A stretch of 64,000 nucleotides of DNA from a virus, in the IMG/VR virus record IMGVR_UViG_3300017593_002054. One strand, given 5' to 3'. Below the pieces are notes generated by a model that worked only from the letters and a program-made list of their open reading frames with translations, did not search any database and had not been told where the DNA came from. Below are positions 57,938 through 64,000 of this stretch, piece by piece. The number at the start of each line of letters is the position of its first letter. The stretch's first letter is position 1. Made by a program: the position numbers and the translations under genes.

Positions 57938-58471
57938 TTACTTACCACATCCTGTGGTCTTATAAAATCTCCGCAAATCTTTAAGTAAATCGTTAAGATA
58001 GACTTCTATGTTATCCATTGTAAATCGCTTTCCTACAGCGTTCATCCATTCCTCCTTCCTAGGAAAAGACTCTCCAAATGATCGTTCTACGGAATCAAAA
58101 ACGTTGGTCAGATATCGCTCCAATCCGTACTCACTGATTGCTATCTTCCCTGCCTTGATCCACTGTTCATCTGTAATCACCGCCGGGTATGGCCCGATTC
58201 CAGTGTAAATGGGATTGCAGATAATACTCTCTACATCTGAGAGCGGACTTATCCCTTCTCTCTGTCCCTTGGGACGAACTGTTATCTCATTACCACTATC
58301 GGATATGAGCTCTACACGGTTGCCGTGCACGAGATTGTTGTACCGTATCCAAGAAATCGGCAAAATAATACCATAACTATTTCGACCAATGCGTACAATC
58401 TTTCTATAATCTTTATAGCCCATGTTGATAATACTATCAACAGCACTTTTAAATAGTTTGCGTGCATGCAT
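57938..58471 (-). CDS. AbrB/MazE-type DNA-binding domain protein
   Basis: RKIVRIGRNSYGIILPISW..L..G..VEL. Confidence 0.7.
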   Translation of the reverse strand: MHARKLFKSAVDSIINMGYKDYRKIVRIGRNSYGIILPISWIRYNNLVHGNRVELISDSGNEITVRPKGQREGISPLSDVESIICNPIYTGIGPYPAVITDEQWIKAGKIAISEYGLERYLTNVFDSVERSFGESFPRKEEWMNAVGKRFTMDNIEVYLNDLLKDLRRFYKTTGCGK

Positions 58472-58591
58472 GTAAGTGCATGCATGCTAACTAATCGCAA
58501 GGGGGAATATCGGGAAAAGGAAAAACATTTATATACAAAAAGTGTTATAAAGTGTGAAAAAAATGGCTCTACATTAAATAAAACAAAACTT

Positions 58592-59353
58592 TCAAAGGTA
58601 TTGATATGTGCCTTTATCCATATAGTAATCCAAAAGATGTCTAAATACAAATTTACCATTTGGATTTAAATCTCCAAGAATAAAATTCCTCTTAAGGAGA
58701 TATGAGACAACGCCCAACATTCCACTGCCAGCTAGAGGATCAAATATTAAATCTCCCTTATTTGAAAAGTGTTCTAATAGGCATTGAAGGAGCGCAAATG
58801 GGAGCCTTGTGGGATACTTAGGCATATTCATTTTATAATCTCTCTTGAAGTTAAGCGTGGTTAAGTTTGGTTCACCATTTTTACAGTGATGGGTTGAGCA
58901 CCTGTTGTTATAGTGCCATCTTTTTCCTTTAGTAACCCAATATATCTCATAGACATTATGGGCTGGTCTCTTTTTGCATGCTGGTGCAAAATTATAAGTC
59001 CAATATAACTTTCCTCTTAACCTCAATCCTTTAAAACTCAGTATTTTATCATGGATAATGCCACTATTATTCCAACCAGAAAATATCAATGCTTGACCAT
59101 TTTCTGCCAAGTTGTAAAAAATACATTCCAATAATTGTTGTATTTTTTCGCCATATTCTTCTACCGCCCATTCCATATACCCATCTACTACATTATTTAC
59201 ATTTCTATTATAGTTTCCATTTTTCCCACTAAATTTAATCCCAAATGGCGGGTCTGTAATAATCAAATCAGCATTAACATTCTCCCAACTGGACATATCT
59301 TTGATTTTATATCTATCTAATAAAACATTCAAAATTCTTTTACTATTTTCCAT
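58592..59353 (-). CDS. Orphan N6-adenine/N4-cytosine DNA methyltransferase (beta class)
   Basis: IITDPPF precedes IFDPLAGSG; no neighbouring restriction nuclease recognised. Confidence 0.9.
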   Translation of the reverse strand: MENSKRILNVLLDRYKIKDMSSWENVNADLIITDPPFGIKFSGKNGNYNRNVNNVVDGYMEWAVEEYGEKIQQLLECIFYNLAENGQALIFSGWNNSGIIHDKILSFKGLRLRGKLYWTYNFAPACKKRPAHNVYEIYWVTKGKRWHYNNRCSTHHCKNGEPNLTTLNFKRDYKMNMPKYPTRLPFALLQCLLEHFSNKGDLIFDPLAGSGMLGVVSYLLKRNFILGDLNPNGKFVFRHLLDYYMDKGTYQYL

Positions 59354-59722
59354 TTCTCACCTCTTTCTCAACCTCCTTTTCATACTCATGCAGTAATGGG
59401 CAATTTTCAAAACTGCATTCTTCATATCTTTTATTAATAGTACAAATTCTATAATCTGCCCACCTATGGATACAATTTTTTGCTATATATTCTTTCCATT
59501 TTTCTTCATTCCATTTCATTTTCGCTCAACCTCCTTGTTTTTACGATGCAATGTTAACACCCCCTCTTATTTTTGTGTCTTCTTTATTTTTCCCGCTCTG
59601 TCTGTTGTTTGCCTTCTCAAGTTGATTTAAGCAGAATCGTATCTTGTCAAGTAAATCACCCGATTGTGGCACTTCTCTATCAATATCCATTTTTCACCCC
59701 TTTAAATACATATTTGCTTTTT

Positions 59723-60727
59723 TCATTTTCTTTCCTCCAACCTATGTTTAAACTCCCTCTCCAGTGGAATCATGTAATGCTTGTGTTCTGCAACATAAAT
59801 TATCAATTCATCCGGGTATTCCTTGTATATCTGTGTTATGTCCATGCCCCTGACCTTATGCCCCTGCCATATCTTGGTAAATTTGTCATCCAGCGTTATA
59901 CCGAACTTTTCTTTTATGTCCTCATCGTTTATCAACCTCTTATCCATATATGTTGAAAAGGTGTGCCTGAAATGTTTTGTTGTTATGTGCATGCCCATTG
60001 CCTTGTTGTATTTACGGCTTGTTCCTCCCTGCACTCTATGCCACAGGGCTTCCGGCGTCATATTCAGTATGCCCTTCCTCTTGGTGTAGTCAAATATCTT
60101 TATAGTGAAGTCATCAAGCCCTATACGCCGTTTAACCTTCCTTCCTCTGGTCTTCTCTGTTCTTACCATAACCAGCTTTCCCTGTCTCTCGGCGTGCCTG
60201 AACTCCCCTATCCTTCCGCCGAACCAAGCAAGAATCCAGGCAAGGCAAAAGTCATCAAATGATACAATGCTCAGATATTTTTTCAAATCGTCTATCGTTA
60301 AAAAACCCTCTCCAGATAGCTCTTCCATTACAGGTCTCTTTACACCTGCTATCCTTTCCCACCTTTCCACTTCCATATACATCCGTTCCAGCCCTCCCTC
60401 CTTTATCCACTTTGATTTGTTGTTGGTAATCATCCACTTTGCATAGCTCTGTACCACGCTTATGAAAGTGTTTATAGATGAGGCATGTTTATCCTCCATC
60501 TCCTCCCGTATATATCTTTCTACATCCCTCTTGTCCATATCCTCGAATGACTTATTATGATCCTTCAGCCACTTCTCAAGGTTAATGAGATGACTGAAGT
60601 AGGATGACATGCTTCCTTCCCTGACAGTGTCGTTCAGGTATTCATCATAGCGGTGCCTGCACTCATTGCAGTATTTTGATGTATGCCTGCCGTCAAACTC
60701 TTTCCCGCAGAAGGCACAGGTGGTCAT
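59723..60727 (-). CDS. Tyrosine recombinase/integrase with N-terminal zinc finger
   Basis: GGRIGE (R), KHFRH (HxxR), WQGH, IYKEY (Y); SAM-like N-terminal domain; CAFC..CNEC. Confidence 0.88.
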   Translation of the reverse strand: MTTCAFCGKEFDGRHTSKYCNECRHRYDEYLNDTVREGSMSSYFSHLINLEKWLKDHNKSFEDMDKRDVERYIREEMEDKHASSINTFISVVQSYAKWMITNNKSKWIKEGGLERMYMEVERWERIAGVKRPVMEELSGEGFLTIDDLKKYLSIVSFDDFCLAWILAWFGGRIGEFRHAERQGKLVMVRTEKTRGRKVKRRIGLDDFTIKIFDYTKRKGILNMTPEALWHRVQGGTSRKYNKAMGMHITTKHFRHTFSTYMDKRLINDEDIKEKFGITLDDKFTKIWQGHKVRGMDITQIYKEYPDELIIYVAEHKHYMIPLEREFKHRLEERK

Positions 60728-60749
60728 ATTCCCTCCGCTCTATGTAGTA

Positions 60750-60822
60750 TGGGCTGGATAGGATTTGAACCCATGACATCAGGTTTTGGAGACCTGCGTT
60801 CTACCAACTGAACTACCAGCCC
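60750..60822 (-). tRNA. trnW: tRNA-Trp (CCA), intronless, no encoded CCA end
   Basis: Cloverleaf: GGGCTGG/CCAGCCC acceptor, GTTC/GAAC D-stem, CAGGT-CTCCAAA-ACCTG anticodon arm, TTCAAAT T-loop. Confidence 0.95.
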
Positions 60823-60824
60823 CT

Positions 60825-61790
60825 TCATTTTCTACCCTCTTTCTCTAATAGTGTGCAATGCTTGGAGTAAGTCCAATATGGGCAAACCGAGCAAGTGTCA
60901 TACTTGTCATATTTGCTGCATACTTTTTTTCGCACATCGTCAATGGTTTGAAAGCCTTGATTTCTTGCGTAATCTGTGAGTTTAACCTCTTCCACCTTTT
61001 CAACAATAGAAATCCACCAACATTCAGTTCCCTTTATAATATCCCCATTATCCAATTTTATTACTGGAATATTGTAAATTATATCCTTGCCAGAAGGGAA
61101 GGTATTTTGCAGTTCAAACGGTTCATGCTCTATGATTGTTCCCTTTCCAAGTATTTTATCCTGCTTTCCGTTTAGAACTAACACCCTTTCCCCCACTTCG
61201 TTGATATTTACTTTGCGTATTTTGGCAATACCGTATTTTTCGTTTATTCTATTATATCTCTGTAGCGTAATTTCATCCAACTTTTCCATCCTTTCATCCG
61301 AAATTAGACTGTCATCTTCGGATGCCTTCTTTGCAAGTTTTTTGGCATATTCATATGAATAATCAGGTATATCTGTAACCTTAAATCGAATTACCATAAA
61401 TTCCACATTCTCAATGTCGCCATACGTCTCTTGGAATATACCAAAAAATTCTTTGGGAGTTAAACCGTCTCGTTTTATGATTTCATGCAACGTATACTCT
61501 GATACAGGATACCAACCACTGTAAATGGTTGGGGGATACGGTTCTTCAAATGCAAATATCCAATATCTTCTTCTATATACCATAAACTTTATCTTGAATA
61601 TCTCCGTCAACTCTGCATCGGCAATCTTGAAACACTCCTTAGTCCGTTGCTTCCAGTATAACTGCAACTTCTTGATACGTTTAATCTGGTCATACCGCTT
61701 GGCGTTGAATGGGCGTATTGTCTGGTCTTTGATACCGTCAATAATCATCTGCGGAAATTCTGGCTTTTTACTGAATGATATTGCTACCAT
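60825..61790 (-). CDS. ASCH-domain fusion protein
   Basis: ISFS..I..G.K.QTIR..LQLYW..R..C..I..A..T..I..DG..F ASCH pattern at N-terminus. Confidence 0.65.
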   Translation of the reverse strand: MVAISFSKKPEFPQMIIDGIKDQTIRPFNAKRYDQIKRIKKLQLYWKQRTKECFKIADAELTEIFKIKFMVYRRRYWIFAFEEPYPPTIYSGWYPVSEYTLHEIIKRDGLTPKEFFGIFQETYGDIENVEFMVIRFKVTDIPDYSYEYAKKLAKKASEDDSLISDERMEKLDEITLQRYNRINEKYGIAKIRKVNINEVGERVLVLNGKQDKILGKGTIIEHEPFELQNTFPSGKDIIYNIPVIKLDNGDIIKGTECWWISIVEKVEEVKLTDYARNQGFQTIDDVRKKVCSKYDKYDTCSVCPYWTYSKHCTLLEKEGRK

Positions 61791-61791
61791 T

Positions 61792-62100
61792 TTATCCCTT
61801 CATCACCCATTTGAATAACAATCCAACTACATAGATAAGCGTTACGATGGTAAACACAATGGCAGCATAATAACTGCTGATTATTGCAACAACAACCAGC
61901 ATGGCATACACAGCAATAGCACGTCTGTCATGAATCAGCGAGGACAGATAGCCTGTAAGAATTATAAACAGCATAAACGATATGGCGCCTACCATCTTCA
62001 GGCTTACATCTTTCCCCATCATGGAATACACTGCAAAGGCAAACAATGCCAGCGCAACGAATGCAATCAGAGGTTTTACCTCATATTTCTCCATTCTCAT
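61792..62100 (-). CDS. Small membrane protein
   Basis: Three to four hydrophobic helices. Confidence 0.6.
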   Translation of the reverse strand: MRMEKYEVKPLIAFVALALFAFAVYSMMGKDVSLKMVGAISFMLFIILTGYLSSLIHDRRAIAVYAMLVVVAIISSYYAAIVFTIVTLIYVVGLLFKWVMKG

Positions 62101-62310
62101 ACAGTATCACCTTCTCTATGAGTATATATGAAATGGTCTATGAGTTCAAATATGCTTGAGAATGACTTTTTGCAAATTTCGCAATGCCCTCCTTCATCCC
62201 CCGCTTCTCTCCACTCTGCCTGCAAAGTGTTGGGATTTATACGATATATCATATTACCTCTTATGTCTATTTTTGCCTGATTTCCTAACTTAGTTATTAC
62301 TCCTCTCATG

Positions 62311-62715
62311 TTACCAACTTATCTTTATAATCGTTTCCGGTCTATCGTCACCTGCATGATACACCTTCTTACTTGTCTTTTTCCACACCTGCCTGTCATC
62401 AAGGAGTGCCACTCCCTGCAATCCATCTAACACTGACTTTTCAAGATTATCAAGGTCTGGCTGGTTGGCACACGGCACTTCCGGCATGGGTTTCCTTTTC
62501 CACATCATGCGCTTAGGTCGGGGCATTTTGAATTCAAGTTCAACAGGCTCGGCTATAGGATGGTCAAATTGCTGGTACGCAACCATCTTTACAAAATCCT
62601 CAAAATGCTGTGTGGTTTTTGGTGTATAAAATCCATGCTTTCCCTTTCGTGGTCGTGCCTTCGGGACTGCTTTTGCCGGAATGACTATTGTTTTAGTGGG
62701 CATTATTTCCTCCAT
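62311..62715 (-). CDS. rusA: RusA-family Holliday junction resolvase
   Basis: PKARPR, PDLDNLEKSVLDGL, DDRQV. Confidence 0.9.
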   Translation of the reverse strand: MEEIMPTKTIVIPAKAVPKARPRKGKHGFYTPKTTQHFEDFVKMVAYQQFDHPIAEPVELEFKMPRPKRMMWKRKPMPEVPCANQPDLDNLEKSVLDGLQGVALLDDRQVWKKTSKKVYHAGDDRPETIIKISW

Positions 62716-63113
62716 TGATTTCCCTGAGTAATTCTAATACCCTATCAACTGCTTCATCTGGGTTATACCTGTTTTCACCTTCATCATGGGTGGAGGGGAA
62801 GGAAAAAGGAGAAATAGAGGTGCGTCCATGCTGCCTATTCCTTCCCCCTTCTGTTATAACAGAAAAACTATCTCCATCAAAATATCCGCCAAGTTCTTCC
62901 ATCAGTTCACATAACTCTTCGACTGTTGTTCTATCCCCATCTATTTTTATTTCCATCATTCCACCTTTACCCTTATAATTATTCCGTCTCCCTCTTCAAA
63001 TGCTTCCAGCCATCTGATTTTACTCGGGTTGCCCGCCCAATTCCTGAACTCCTTGGGCAGCATTGTCATGCCATTTTTCTGGATGCTTGTTGTTTTTACG
63101 ATGTCCACTTTAT

Positions 63114-63383
63114 TCATAATTTCACCTTATCCAACGGAATTACATTTTCCGGTAGTTTTTTATTTTTGCTTCCTTTTGGTCTGCCACGCTTTTTGTATGG
63201 AATAAAATAAACGCCATTTATATGACCGCAGCACTTGCATCTATCAACAACGTATTTGCCATCCACCAAGTGATGTTCCTCTACTCTTTTCATGCAATCA
63301 GGGCATAGATAAACGTCTAAGTCATCATGTATTTCACAGAAAGGAGAATATTCACCGCACATTGCACAAATGGCATCATACAT
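63114..63383 (-). CDS. Zinc-finger + AT-hook microprotein
   Basis: CAMC, CPDC, CKCC; KKRGRPKGSKNKK. Confidence 0.65.
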   Translation of the reverse strand: MYDAICAMCGEYSPFCEIHDDLDVYLCPDCMKRVEEHHLVDGKYVVDRCKCCGHINGVYFIPYKKRGRPKGSKNKKLPENVIPLDKVKL

Positions 63384-64000
63384 TTATTCGCCTTCCCTAT
63401 AGCCAATAATTTCATTCGCTGCACTTGCAATTGCGATATCCTCTGATAGTTCATTCATTGCTTTTCTTGCTTCATTTACACCAAATATACCCAACGCAGT
63501 ATTGATTTCAAAACGTTTATCTGCAACGTCAAATTCCACTTTTGAAAATCTATCGGTCTTATATCTAAGGAAGCATGTTTCTATTCCATCGGACAACTCT
63601 GTAAATGTTGCATTTATGCCAAATCCATCAAAGAGTCGCTCCAATTTCTTTTTTTGCTCTTCTGTAAACATTAGTCACACCCCTTTCATCACTCCCTGAG
63701 TGCTTCTATAAGTTCTGATATGTATATCTCCCTTCCACAGTGTCTGCATCTCACGGTTGTATGCCCATCTGTGTCTGTGTTAAACTCCATTATTCCCTTG
63801 CATCTCTGATACGGAGAGCAGTTGTGATAAACTATTTCACCAGATATTTCTATACTTTCACTCATGATTTTCACCTTTTACAGACGGAGGCATCCATAGG
63901 AATGCCTTAACCGTCTTCAATACCATAATGCAAAATCATTATAAAAACTTTATGGTAGTTATAACTCTTACTCCCAACCAGATTGTTTCAAGGCAACTTT

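Noticed and set aside
428-63699. Numerous 60-190 aa ORFs antisense to or overlapping confident genes (e.g. 17901-18404, 28332-28907, 55109-55765)
   Set aside because: These are shadow ORFs with no motifs, promoter or RBS, fully overlapped by better-supported genes.

Overview
The window looks like most of a large archaeal mobile element (virus, provirus or plasmid) rather than ordinary chromosome. It contains no housekeeping operons. It does contain an archaeal replication and recombination kit: Cdc6/Orc1, a full MCM, two further MCM-clade AAA+ ATPases, a short RFC small subunit, an ATP-dependent DNA ligase, a Ku-like protein, RusA, an annealing-protein-like ORF, a tyrosine recombinase next to an intronless tRNA-Trp, and an orphan DNA methyltransferase. 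About a dozen secreted or membrane-anchored proteins are present (PKD, dockerin-like, InlB-B-repeat-like, beta-helix tailspike-like, subtilisin), plus many small zinc-finger and RHH ORFs. There are two IS200/IS605 tnpB copies, one intact and one broken. Two features stand out. (1) An RHH gene, a Nop/IS110-like gene lacking RuvC, and a ~650-bp dual-repeat array (27518-29450) have the architecture of a TIGR-Tas RNA-guided system, with an atypical repeat grammar: 8-nt spacers bounded by CYA and AG. (2) A 22-bp motif (T/A/G)TGTATCAC-N5-TTTATAAA occurs 18 times between 2.2 and 46 kb, usually 18-22 nt before a start codon and often directly at the stop of the previous gene. It suggests an element-specific promoter regulon, possibly also a gene-cassette shuffling unit. 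I recognised no terminase, portal, HK97 capsid, DNA polymerase, T4SS ATPase, reverse transcriptase or CRISPR array. All family assignments come from reading motifs by eye, not from database searches.
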